Positions 24,329 to 32,000 of a stretch of 32,000 nucleotides of DNA are shown here, piece after piece. Origin of the DNA: Patescibacteria group bacterium (lineage in GTDB: Bacteria > Patescibacteriota > UBA1384 > XYA2-FULL-43-10); NCBI GenBank assembly GCA_041674405.1, contig JBAYVT010000003.1, positions 1 through 32,000 on the forward strand. Reading direction: 5' to 3'. Made by a program: the position numbers and the translations under genes. Every line of letters begins with the position of its first letter. Within the stretch, counting starts at the first letter, position 1. A model generated the notes under the pieces. That model searched no databases. It was not told where the DNA came from and saw nothing but the letters and a program-made list of their open reading frames with translations.

Positions 24329-25613
24329 ATTTCAAAAAAGCTTTTGCTCCAATATCAGTACGGAATTGCATTCCCTCAAATTTTATTTGATCAACCGCCT
24401 GGTAAACGCTATCCAGAGCTTGTTTTAGAGTTTTTCCGGTTGCTGTCACACCAAGTACTCTTCCGCCAGAGGTGCATATACCACCATCTTTGATTTTCGT
24501 TCCGGAATGAAATACAACAACATTCGGAATTTTTTCCGCTCCATCAATGCCAACGATCGGAATCTCTTTTGACTTACTAGCCGGGTAACCTTTGGAGGCA
24601 ATTATTATGCAGGCTGCGAAGCCCAATTTCCACTTCACATCCAGATCTTTTAATTTGCCATCGATACAAGCCTCAATAATTTCGATCAAATCAGAGTCGA
24701 GCAGCCGCATGTATGATTGGGTTTCTGGATCGCCAAATCTGGCATTAAACTCGAGAACTTTCGGTCCGTCTTTCGTCAATTTCAACCCGGGATACAAGCA
24801 ACCGGCATATTCAATATTTTTCTTTTTGAGCCCTACTAAAACTGGCTTAATCACTTTGTTTTCTGCCCATTTAAGATAATCCTTTCCTGCCCAAGGCACA
24901 GGAGCATAAGTTCCCATTCCGCCAGTATTCGGACCTATATCGCCATCGAAAATTTGTTTGTGGTCTTGTGAGGTTGGGAAAATAACTGAAGTTTTTCCAT
25001 CGGTTATGCAATGGATAGAAAGTTCCTGGTCCGATCCCAAATATTCTTCGATAACAACCGAATCTCCGGAGGCGCCAAAAGCTTTCTCAACCATTATTTT
25101 TTTAAGAGCAGCTTTTGCCTCTTCTAGACTATTGCAGATTGAAACGCCCTTACCCAAAGCCAAGCCGTTTGCTTTAATAACAATCGGCATATTTTGTAAT
25201 TTAATATAAGACAAAGCTTTCTCAAAATTATTAAAAGTCCTAAATTTAGCGGTGGGAACAGAAGCAGCCTTCATCAAGTTTTTCGAAAAGATTTTTGAAG
25301 ACTCAATCCGCGCGGCTTTTTTGCTAGGGCCAAAGATTCTCAATCCGGCCTTCTGAAATGAGTCGACTATTCCTAGGGCGAGCGGATCGTCGGGACCAAC
25401 AATCGTAAGGCCAATTTGATTACTTTTTGCAAAATTGATCAATGCCTTAAAGTCTGTCGACTTAATATCAATATTTGATGCCAGCTTAGCTGTTCCGCCG
25501 TTTCCGGGTGCGACAAAAATTTTTGCGACTCTGGGGGATTGGGCAATTTTCCAAACCAGTGCATGTTCTCTTCCGCCACCACCGATAACCAATATATTAA
25601 TCTTCTTCTTCAT
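24309..25613 (-). CDS. purD: phosphoribosylamine-glycine ligase
   Basis: ILVIGGGGREHAL, VAPGNGG, an ATP-grasp core and EFNARFGDPETQ. ATG 25613 gives the canonical N-terminus. Composition is AT-rich, native-like. Confidence 0.95.
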   Translation of the reverse strand: MKKKINILVIGGGGREHALVWKIAQSPRVAKIFVAPGNGGTAKLASNIDIKSTDFKALINFAKSNQIGLTIVGPDDPLALGIVDSFQKAGLRIFGPSKKAARIESSKIFSKNLMKAASVPTAKFRTFNNFEKALSYIKLQNMPIVIKANGLALGKGVSICNSLEEAKAALKKIMVEKAFGASGDSVVIEEYLGSDQELSIHCITDGKTSVIFPTSQDHKQIFDGDIGPNTGGMGTYAPVPWAGKDYLKWAENKVIKPVLVGLKKKNIEYAGCLYPGLKLTKDGPKVLEFNARFGDPETQSYMRLLDSDLIEIIEACIDGKLKDLDVKWKLGFAACIIIASKGYPASKSKEIPIVGIDGAEKIPNVVVFHSGTKIKDGGICTSGGRVLGVTATGKTLKQALDSVYQAVDQIKFEGMQFRTDIGAKAFLKSKKSCL

Positions 25614-25643
25614 AACTCTATTATAGTGGTAAATTTGAGAATC

Positions 25644-25676
25644 AAAAAACCGCCTCATAGATCTCGGCGGTTTTTT
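25644..25676 (-). terminator. bidirectional intrinsic terminator after rplT
   Basis: AAAAAACCGCC, loop TCATAGATCTC, GGCGGTTTTTT, 22 nt downstream of the rplT stop. Confidence 0.7.
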
Positions 25677-25697
25677 GCAAATATCTGAAATTGGTTC

Positions 25698-26039
25698 TTA
25701 TTTTACTTCGGCGACCAGCTTTTCCATTACTTCAGGATTGTTTTTGGCAAGGTCAGCAAGGATTTTGCGGTTTAGATCTATCTTTTTCTCGGCAAGTTTG
25801 TGTATGAACTCGGAATAGGAAATCCCCTTGTCTGAAAGAAATGCATTGATTCGGACGATCCAAAGTGAGCGGAATTCTCTCTTTTTCACTCGTCTGTCAC
25901 GATATGAATACTTACCAGCCTTAAGGACTGCTTGCTTGGCAAGCTTAAAAACGGACTTTCTTCGTCCAGTATATCCTTTTGCCGCTTTGATAATTTTTTT
26001 GTGTTTGGCATGTCTTACCGTGCCACGTTTTACTCTCAT
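25698..26039 (-). CDS. rplT: 50S ribosomal protein L20
   Basis: MRVKRGTVRHAKHKKI...YRDRRVKKREFRSLWIVRINA. Confidence 0.97.
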   Translation of the reverse strand: MRVKRGTVRHAKHKKIIKAAKGYTGRRKSVFKLAKQAVLKAGKYSYRDRRVKKREFRSLWIVRINAFLSDKGISYSEFIHKLAEKKIDLNRKILADLAKNNPEVMEKLVAEVK

Positions 26040-26048
26040 TGTTCTCCT

Positions 26049-26234
26049 TTATAGGTATGGGGCAAGTTTTTTAACTTTCTTGATATCTGCAGTTGTAACT
26101 CTTTGCGGCACCTTCTTGCGATCAGATTTATGGGTAAGGAGGTGGGAAACCGCAGCTTTGTCTCGCATCAAAATACCAGATCCGGTTTTTCGGACTCGTT
26201 TTACTGTTGCTTTGTGAGTTTTAAGTTTTGGCAT
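26049..26234 (-). CDS. rpmI: 50S ribosomal protein L35
   Basis: MPKLKTHKATVKRVRKTGSG...HLLTHKS. Conserved infC-rpmI-rplT order. Confidence 0.93.
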   Translation of the reverse strand: MPKLKTHKATVKRVRKTGSGILMRDKAAVSHLLTHKSDRKKVPQRVTTADIKKVKKLAPYL

Positions 26235-26236
26235 GT

Positions 26237-26776
26237 CTAATCCTCTTTTTCCGATTCGTTTGATTCTTCTCTAATTCCCTTAACCATCGCATTTAGCATA
26301 TTTCCTAGTTTACCAGGCCTAGATTCGTAAATAAGGCCAGAAGCTTGTGAAAATCTATCAAATACATTAATCGCATTTCCTACAAAGGCATTCTCCCTGC
26401 CACGGAGACGCATTGAAACTTTGATTTTGAATCCTTTGTCGAAAAGTTCCCTTGCCTGTTTTGCTTTGTATTCAATATCATGGTCACCGATATTGGCAGT
26501 AAGGCGTATCTCTTTTAGGCCGGTTTCTTTTTGTTTGGCTTTGTTTTCTTTGTCTTTTTTAGCCAATTCGTATTTATAGCGGCCAAAATCCATAATTTTG
26601 CATACAGGCGGGCGAGAAGTAGAATTTATCTCCACAAGATCAAGCCCTTTTTCCTTGGCAAGGCTAATAGCCTCGGCGTTGGATATTTCCCCGAGCTTGT
26701 TTCCTTCTTCGTCTATGACAAGAAGCGGTGAGAACCGGATATTTTCATTGATCCGGATAAATCTGTTCTTGCTAAT
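26237..26776 (-). CDS. infC: translation initiation factor IF-3 (probable ATT start)
   Basis: RINENIRFSPLLVIDEEGNKLG, GLDLVEI, PPVCKIMDFGRYKYE, MRLRGRE. In-frame ATT (rc of 26774-76) lies 6 nt after AAAGGAG (rc of 26783-89). The ORF-track TTG at 26818 would add 14 non-conserved residues and overlaps the promoter -10. Confidence 0.9.
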   Translation of the reverse strand: MSKNRFIRINENIRFSPLLVIDEEGNKLGEISNAEAISLAKEKGLDLVEINSTSRPPVCKIMDFGRYKYELAKKDKENKAKQKETGLKEIRLTANIGDHDIEYKAKQARELFDKGFKIKVSMRLRGRENAFVGNAINVFDRFSQASGLIYESRPGKLGNMLNAMVKGIREESNESEKED

Positions 26777-26808
26777 TCTGAACTCCTTTTTTCCTTTTTG
26801 CAGCCCTA

Positions 26809-26837
26809 AGAATAACAAAAAGTTGGCGAAAAGTCAA
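26809..26837 (-). promoter_or_regulatory. candidate sigma70-like promoter of the infC-rpmI-rplT operon
   Basis: Minus strand reads TTGACT (rc of 26832-37), a 17-nt spacer, then TATTCT (rc of 26809-14). Confidence 0.4.
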
Positions 26838-26851
26838 CAAACAATTAATAG

Positions 26852-26879
26852 AAAAAAGAGATGTGAAAAAAGAGATGTG
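26852..26879. repeat. 14-nt tandem duplication upstream of the infC promoter
   Basis: AAAAAAGAGATGTG at 26852-65 and again at 26866-79. Confidence 0.85.
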
Positions 26880-26942
26880 AAAAACTAGGAAACTGGCTTT
26901 GAAAATCCAGATTTCTCAGTGCAAATTTTTCGATACCCAAGT

Positions 26943-27710
26943 TCAATCTTCAATATGCTTACCAACAATTAACCTCAATTTTTCATCCGTACTTTCGATA
27001 TATTGTGGAGTTTTTGATATTACTGACCCTCCCGATGTTATAAATACCGACTTATTGGTAAAAATTCTCATCGATCTTGCGCGAAAGGTGCTAATATTTT
27101 TTTCAAGTATTTTATTCAATGTAAACAAACCTGATATTTTTTCCAGAATACCATTTTCATGTTGAATATCAGATTGGATTGTTACGTCCAAATATTCCGG
27201 TTTCGGTTTTTTCACATTGGGTTCAATATTTGAAATCGTCATTTTGCTGACTTTTGCCTGAACTAGATAACCCTTGAATTCGATCGTAATTTCCGTGGAT
27301 TTCTTAAGTTCGAGCTCGGCAGATGTAATAAAATGCCTTCTGTTTCCAGTCATGCCAAGATTAATCTCTTTGATTCTGCGAAATCTTAGAACATCGATAG
27401 CATCTCTTGGATTTCTAACCCCGATAACATTTTCGATTTCGGCCGATGCCTCGAGTGGAATTATTCCCATGGCTTCTGGTTTACCAACCATTTTGTCAGC
27501 TACTTGATTTATAATATCATCAGAACCAACCGCGACGATTGTTGAATATTTTTTTCGCAGTCCAATCTCAGCAAGCTCTGAAGCTGATTGCACACCAGTT
27601 ACATAAGTGAATTCACCAGAAATACCAATATGGGCAAGCTGGTCCTTGATTGCTTCAACCTGAGTTTTCTTCTTACATTTTTTCGGATCAAAAATATAGT
27701 AGTACATCAA
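26943..27710 (-). CDS. diacylglycerol/lipid kinase-family (DAGK_cat, YegS-like) protein with a degenerate GGDGT motif
   Basis: Family layout: IFDPKK..., IVAVGSDDIINQVADKM (at the GGDGT position), GIIPLEASAEIENVIG (at the PlGTgNdfa position). Confidence 0.65.
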   Translation of the reverse strand: MMYYYIFDPKKCKKKTQVEAIKDQLAHIGISGEFTYVTGVQSASELAEIGLRKKYSTIVAVGSDDIINQVADKMVGKPEAMGIIPLEASAEIENVIGVRNPRDAIDVLRFRRIKEINLGMTGNRRHFITSAELELKKSTEITIEFKGYLVQAKVSKMTISNIEPNVKKPKPEYLDVTIQSDIQHENGILEKISGLFTLNKILEKNISTFRARSMRIFTNKSVFITSGGSVISKTPQYIESTDEKLRLIVGKHIED

Positions 27711-27794
27711 TATATCTAAAAACTAATATCTAATAACTAAAACCGCAGGAAATATTCTTGAATGACCTAGCAACTAGTCACTAGAAACTAGAAA

Positions 27795-28220
27795 CTACTT
27801 TTTATTTTTATCCCAGAAGCCTGCCTTGGGAGTGCTTTCGGCTATTACTTCATCTTTGAGTTCATCTTTTTCAGTTTTTCCAGGGGTTTCTTTGGCACCA
27901 GCCATAATACTATTTCCATTGAAAATTGCACCTTCGCGAATAATCAGGGTTTTGGTTTTAATATCGCCGGAAACCGCTCCGGTCGGATCGAGCTCAACTT
28001 TTTCAGTCGCTTCCACCACCCCATCAACTTTGCCCGAAACCAAAATATTTTTGGCCATCACCGGACCCTTCACACTCGCAGAAGAACCAATGGTCACATT
28101 TTCATCGCTCTTAATCTCCCCCTCGACATTACCATTGATCTGAATCGAACCCTTGTTTTTCAAGTTCCCCTTGACGCTGACATCCACACCAATGATTGTG
28201 TCTGCTTGTTGGGCTTCCAT
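27795..28220 (-). CDS. bactofilin (DUF583) cytoskeletal protein
   Basis: Beta-helical repeat pattern: I.G.V.G.L...G.I.I.G.VEG.I....V.I.....V.G.V.A....V.G.V.G. Confidence 0.88.
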   Translation of the reverse strand: MEAQQADTIIGVDVSVKGNLKNKGSIQINGNVEGEIKSDENVTIGSSASVKGPVMAKNILVSGKVDGVVEATEKVELDPTGAVSGDIKTKTLIIREGAIFNGNSIMAGAKETPGKTEKDELKDEVIAESTPKAGFWDKNKK

Positions 28221-28320
28221 TTTGCTCCTTATGATTGATTAGTATTTACTATTTTCTTTACTAAATCATATCACAGATAAATTTTCAAAGAAGGGGATAA
28301 ATATGTTGATAAAACTTGTA

Positions 28321-28347
28321 CCGCTCGCCCATACCAGGGGCGAGCGG
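28321..28347 (-). terminator. GC-rich hairpin abutting the stop of the DHOD-like gene
   Basis: CCGCTCGCCC (28321-30), a short loop, GGGCGAGCGG (28338-47), giving a 10-bp stem immediately after the stop codon at 28348-50. Confidence 0.65.
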
Positions 28348-29226
28348 TCAGTCAGTGTCTGGTAACCCCCAGATCCGTATCCAGAGGAAAAGGAACAAAG
28401 TAAGAAATAGGTGCTGCGTTAGCACGGAGCCAAGGGAGAAATATGTGGCTCCGGCTCGCCGAAAGCGGTAGAGGTCACGATAGCGCATTATGCCGCCGCC
28501 GCCGATGATGGGGAATCCCTTCGGCAAAACACTCCTCAAAGTCGTGATCGTTTCGCGGGCAATCTTCTGGATCTTGCTTCCCGAAACGGCGCCTTTTACT
28601 CCGAGCCATCGCTCGAGCGGGGAGGGTTTGTTCCCAAAGATGCGTTCCCAGCGAACGGTATTGATAGCGCTCACGGCCTGTATATAACCTTGTCTCGCTG
28701 CACAAGCAACTGCCTTTATTTGCCGCTCGTCAGCGGCAATTTTGGCAATGACAGGTCGTGGGAGGAACCTGGCAACCCTCAGGATTCCCAAGAAGTCGAT
28801 GGCTTCGGCGACGTTCGGGCATGAGAGATTAATCTCGAACGCCAGAACGTGCCTGAACCACTCCGGATGAAGCTTGTGGTATTTTCTCACAAGCCGAACC
28901 ATCATAGCCATTTCGGCCGGAGACTTGGCATGAAGTGATACGATTACGTCGTGCCGCAGCCTAGGAAGAATGACCAGTAGAAGATGCAATAACCCTTTGT
29001 TACCGAGGGCCATAGCATTGACACAACTTTCCATTCCCCACAGCATACGGAGGGCTTTCCACGGAGGATTGCCTTTGTTAGGTAGGTAGGTGACGGATTT
29101 TAGTACCGGAATCATTGCGACCATCCAGTAATAAATCCGCTGCAGTGGAATCCAACCCATGCCTGTCATCCCCATCGCGCCAGAAGCGACGATGAGTTTT
29201 TTGGGCAGAAGCAGTGTCTTACTCAT
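28348..29226 (-). CDS. class-1 dihydroorotate dehydrogenase-like FMN TIM-barrel protein (PyrD/DPD family), GC-rich island 3
   Basis: IVASGAMG, KSVTYLPNKGNP, NAMALGNKG, EINLSCPNV (catalytic-Cys box), IAKI, AINT, GAVSGSKI, IIGGGGI and GATYFSLGS are collinear with Lactococcus DHOD-A as I remember it. It has an unusual hydrophobic C-terminal tail. AAGGAAG SD. Confidence 0.78.
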   Translation of the reverse strand: MSKTLLLPKKLIVASGAMGMTGMGWIPLQRIYYWMVAMIPVLKSVTYLPNKGNPPWKALRMLWGMESCVNAMALGNKGLLHLLLVILPRLRHDVIVSLHAKSPAEMAMMVRLVRKYHKLHPEWFRHVLAFEINLSCPNVAEAIDFLGILRVARFLPRPVIAKIAADERQIKAVACAARQGYIQAVSAINTVRWERIFGNKPSPLERWLGVKGAVSGSKIQKIARETITTLRSVLPKGFPIIGGGGIMRYRDLYRFRRAGATYFSLGSVLTQHLFLTLFLFLWIRIWGLPDTD

Positions 29227-29302
29227 CGACTCACTTCCTTTGCAATGTTGTCGGTGCCTCGAAAAAAGTATATTCGAAAATCCGAAAGATCACAAATGGA
29301 TG

Positions 29303-29329
29303 ATTATAACCCTTGAAGAATCTTGACAA
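29303..29329 (-). promoter_or_regulatory. candidate promoter for the DHOD-like gene, located in AT-rich host-type sequence
   Basis: Minus strand reads TTGTCA (rc of 29324-29), a 15-nt spacer, then TATAAT (rc of 29303-08). The spacer is short. Confidence 0.3.
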
Positions 29330-29341
29330 ATGGTGTATAAT
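29313..29341 (+). promoter_or_regulatory. candidate sigma70-like promoter for uvrA
   Basis: TTGAAG (29313-18), a 17-nt spacer, TATAAT (29336-41), 31 nt upstream of ATG 29373. Confidence 0.4.
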
Positions 29342-29372
29342 TGCATAGATTTTTGCGAATCAGAAAGTATAT

Positions 29373-32000
29373 ATGGATCAAATCAAAATACATGGTGCCA
29401 GAGAGCATAATTTAAAAAATATAAGCCTTGATATACCAAGGAATAAGCTTGTTGTGATCACCGGATTATCCGGTTCGGGCAAGTCTTCCCTCGCCTTTGA
29501 TACGATTTACGCCGAAGGCCAGAGAAGATATGTTGAAAGCTTGTCATCCTATGCAAGGCAATTTTTGGGCATAATGCAAAAGCCAGATGTTGACTATATT
29601 GAAGGATTATCTCCGGCCATTTCGATCGACCAGAAGTCAGCGTCTAGAAATCCAAGATCAACCGTGGGAACAATCACTGAAATTTATGATTATTTAAGAT
29701 TACTTTTTGCCCGGGTTGGAATTCCACATTGCCCGAATTGCGGCAAACCAGTTTCTCGTCAATCGGTTTCTGAGATTACAGAGCAGGTTTCAAAATCAGG
29801 AAATAACACTCGCCGAATAGCAATTTTAGCACCACTTATTACTGATAAAAAAGGTGAACACAAGCAAATTTTTGAACAAATTAAACGCGGCGGCTTTGCT
29901 CGCGTCCGGCTTGACGGCACAATTATGGACCTTGAGGAAGCTGAGAATCTTGAGCTCGATAAACAAAAAAAACACTCCATTGATGTTGTCGTCGATCGCC
30001 TTATTATTGAACCCCTCGACCTTGCTCGAGGTAAAAAAGGTATTGACGAATCAAACCGGAAGCGCCTCTTTGATTCTATAGAAAAGGCTCTCGAAGTTTC
30101 GGGTGGGAAACTTACCGTTTATAACTTTGAAACCGATAAATCAAAGTTTTATAGCGAGAATTTCGCTTGCGCTACTTGTGGCATTTCAATGCCAGAGTTA
30201 GCGCCGCGATCATTTTCTTTTAATTCTCCTCATGGCGCTTGTTCTTATTGCCAAGGACTCGGCACTCGCCGGGAAATTGACCCGAAGTTAGTTTTGCCTA
30301 ACCCAAAATTATCAATTCTGGAGGGAGCAATTCGCCCATGGATTCGTTCGACTTCGAATTCAACCTGGTATTTTAGAATTATGGAAGCTGCTGCCCGCGC
30401 ACACAAGGTTGACCTTGGTAAACCTATTAAGAACCTGAGCAAAGATGATCTGAGGGTAATTTTATTTGGCACAGGTGAAGAAGAATTCAATGTCCGAGGA
30501 TATATTACAAAGTATGAAGGTGTCATACCCAACTTAATGCGACGTTATAAAGAAACTGATTCCGATTATGTAAAACGAGAAATTGAAAAATACATGGTTG
30601 TAAAAACTTGTCCATCATGCGGTGGAGCCAGATTGCGTCCGGAAGTATTGGGTGTAAAAATTAATGACAAAAATATTGTTGAAATTTCTCAAATGACGAT
30701 TGAAAATTCGGCTGCTTTTTTTGATTCACTTGATAAAAAACTTACTGAGAGTGAAAAAAATATTGCCAAGCAAATTATTAAAGAAATTTCCCAGCGTCTG
30801 AATTTCTTAATTAATGTTGGCTTACCATATTTGACCATCGATCGAAATGCTGCCACCCTAGCAGGTGGAGAAGCACAAAGAATTCGCCTGGCAACCCAAA
30901 TTGGTTCTGGCCTCATGGGTGTTTTATACATATTGGACGAGCCTTCGATTGGCTTACATCAGCGCGATAACGGAAGGCTTTTGACAACACTTAAAAATCT
31001 AAGAGATCTCGGAAATACCGTTATTGTAGTCGAGCATGATGAGGAAACAATGGAAGAATCAGACTATCTCATTGATATTGGTCCTGGTGCCGGTGAGCAC
31101 GGCGGAAATGTTGTGTGCCAAGGCACACCAAGCGAGGTGAAAAAAATGAATGGATCTGTGACGGCTGATTATCTGTCTGGTAGAAAAAAAATTGACATAC
31201 CTAAAATCCGCAGAAGCGGTTCGGGAAATTTTCTGGAAATTATCGGAGCCGAGGAAAACAACCTTAAAAATATTGACGTGAAAATTCCATTAAACGCTTT
31301 TGTTTGTGTCACAGGGGTCTCGGGTTCAGGCAAATCAACATTGATCAATGATATCCTAGCCAAAGATCTTTCGCATAAATTTCATCGATCTCAAGAACTT
31401 CCTGGAAAACACAAGGAAATAGTTGGATATGAAAATTTGAACAAGATTATCGATATTGATCAGTCTCCAATTGGTAAATCTCCACGCTCCAACCCCGCAA
31501 CTTATACTGGGGCTTTTACCCCAATCAGGGAACTTTTTGCTAGCACCCAGGAAGCAAGAATGCGCGGTTACAGGCCTGGTAGATTCTCCTTTAATGTCAA
31601 AGGTGGACGCTGTGAAAAGTGCCGCGGTGATGGCGTTATTAAAATAGAAATGCACTTTTTGCCCGATGTATATATAACTTGCGAGGAATGTAAGGGCAAA
31701 AGATACAATAAAGAAGCTTTAGAAATTCATTATAAAGGTAAATCGATTGCCGATGTGCTAGATATGACAGTTGAGGCAGCAACAGAATTTTTCAAAAATA
31801 TTCCGAATATATACCAAAAATTTGTGGTCTTAAGTGAAGTTGGTTTGGGCTATGTTAAGCTCGGACAGCCAGCAACAACTCTTTCTGGCGGCGAAGCTCA
31901 GCGAATTAAGCTTGCTACCGAACTTGCTAGGCGCGGAACTGGAAAAACCCTCTACATTCTCGATGAGCCGACAACCGGCTTGCATTTTGATGATGTGGGG
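29373..32000 (+). CDS. uvrA: excinuclease ABC subunit A (3' end beyond the window)
   Basis: Not in the ORF track because no stop lies within the window. The frame from ATG 29373 is open for 876 codons to position 32000. [50 protein letters not shown], zinc modules CPNCG...CATCG and CPSCGG...CEKCRG, a second Walker [11 protein letters not shown], and [12 protein letters not shown] ... [13 protein letters not shown]. Confidence 0.95.
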   Translation, partial: MDQIKIHGAREHNLKNISLDIPRNKLVVITGLSGSGKSSLAFDTIYAEGQRRYVESLSSYARQFLGIMQKPDVDYIEGLSPAISIDQKSASRNPRSTVGTITEIYDYLRLLFARVGIPHCPNCGKPVSRQSVSEITEQVSKSGNNTRRIAILAPLITDKKGEHKQIFEQIKRGGFARVRLDGTIMDLEEAENLELDKQKKHSIDVVVDRLIIEPLDLARGKKGIDESNRKRLFDSIEKALEVSGGKLTVYNFETDKSKFYSENFACATCGISMPELAPRSFSFNSPHGACSYCQGLGTRREIDPKLVLPNPKLSILEGAIRPWIRSTSNSTWYFRIMEAAARAHKVDLGKPIKNLSKDDLRVILFGTGEEEFNVRGYITKYEGVIPNLMRRYKETDSDYVKREIEKYMVVKTCPSCGGARLRPEVLGVKINDKNIVEISQMTIENSAAFFDSLDKKLTESEKNIAKQIIKEISQRLNFLINVGLPYLTIDRNAATLAGGEAQRIRLATQIGSGLMGVLYILDEPSIGLHQRDNGRLLTTLKNLRDLGNTVIVVEHDEETMEESDYLIDIGPGAGEHGGNVVCQGTPSEVKKMNGSVTADYLSGRKKIDIPKIRRSGSGNFLEIIGAEENNLKNIDVKIPLNAFVCVTGVSGSGKSTLINDILAKDLSHKFHRSQELPGKHKEIVGYENLNKIIDIDQSPIGKSPRSNPATYTGAFTPIRELFASTQEARMRGYRPGRFSFNVKGGRCEKCRGDGVIKIEMHFLPDVYITCEECKGKRYNKEALEIHYKGKSIADVLDMTVEAATEFFKNIPNIYQKFVVLSEVGLGYVKLGQPATTLSGGEAQRIKLATELARRGTGKTLYILDEPTTGLHFDDVG

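Noticed and set aside
1-29240. Assembly chimerism as the sole explanation for all three GC-rich islands.
   Set aside because: Islands 2 and 3 are each flanked on both sides, within the window, by AT-rich backbone carrying intact neighbouring genes. They begin and end at functional-looking boundaries (SD and hairpin). Chimerism remains possible for the left-end island and must be tested with reads.
1-32000. An alternative genetic code (UGA recoded), as in some reduced candidate phyla.
   Set aside because: TGA works as a stop at conserved protein ends, for example the rsmH/queH ATGA overlap at 2825-28 and the galE stop at 16781-83. All housekeeping ORFs have normal lengths under the standard code.
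1-32000. tRNA, rRNA, tmRNA, RNase P or SRP RNA genes in the intergenic spacers.
   Set aside because: I saw no cloverleaf-compatible sequence with a GTTCGAATC-like T-arm and no recognisable conserved cores in spacers 1720-1871, 3380-3631, 3899-4075, 5228-5471, 9246-9364, 14324-14479, 25614-25697, 26819-26942, 27711-27794, 28221-28347 or 29227-29372. This was an inspection by eye only.

Overview
This window looks like a gene-dense, AT-rich segment of a reduced bacterial genome. Hand-counted backbone lines give 18/60 G+C at 5881-5940, 24/60 at 6001-6060 and 12/60 at 28241-28300. The gene content and architecture resemble CPR/Patescibacteria, but that is inference only. The standard genetic code applies, since TGA is used as a stop. 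Backbone genes are rsmH, queH, a miaB-like gene, rplY/ctc, uvrB, trmD, a KH-domain protein gene, rpsP, a fused def-fmt gene, galE, priA, a LigB/MEMO-like gene, der, lepB, lgt, a TraR/DksA zinc-finger gene, lspA, purD, infC-rpmI-rplT, a DAGK-like gene, a bactofilin gene and uvrA. The uvrA gene starts at 29373 and runs off the window end, which is why the ORF track omits it. Three GC-rich islands stand out against this backbone. Island 1 (1 to ~1720; 38/60 G+C at 1261-1320) carries a TM protein and a PspA/IM30-like protein. Island 2 (~4040-5285; 37/60 at 4501-4560) carries a divergent PurM-like gene. Island 3 (~28320-29240; 34/60 at 28561-28620) carries a class-1 DHOD-like TIM-barrel gene. Each island is a minimal SD-ORF-GC-rich-hairpin unit, and composition switches back to AT-rich within tens of nt of the hairpin. 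The most unusual region is 3.4-9.4 kb. An 89-nt element occurs twice in direct orientation (3912-4000 and 9253-9341, one mismatch). A third, inverted and perfected copy of its hairpin sits at 5332-5377. Together these split the accessory stretch into a purM-like module and a module encoding a 1170-aa secreted beta-propeller/PHP/Ig protein. A GC-rich structured leader and a small Cys-rich ORF lie just upstream. Other notable points are the Def-Fmt fusion, short GC-rich in-frame insertions in the miaB-like gene and trmD, an ATT start for infC, and frame-breaking 14-nt tandem repeats. I saw no rRNA, tRNA, CRISPR array, transposase or integrase. All homology calls rest on recognising motifs by eye; no database search was possible.
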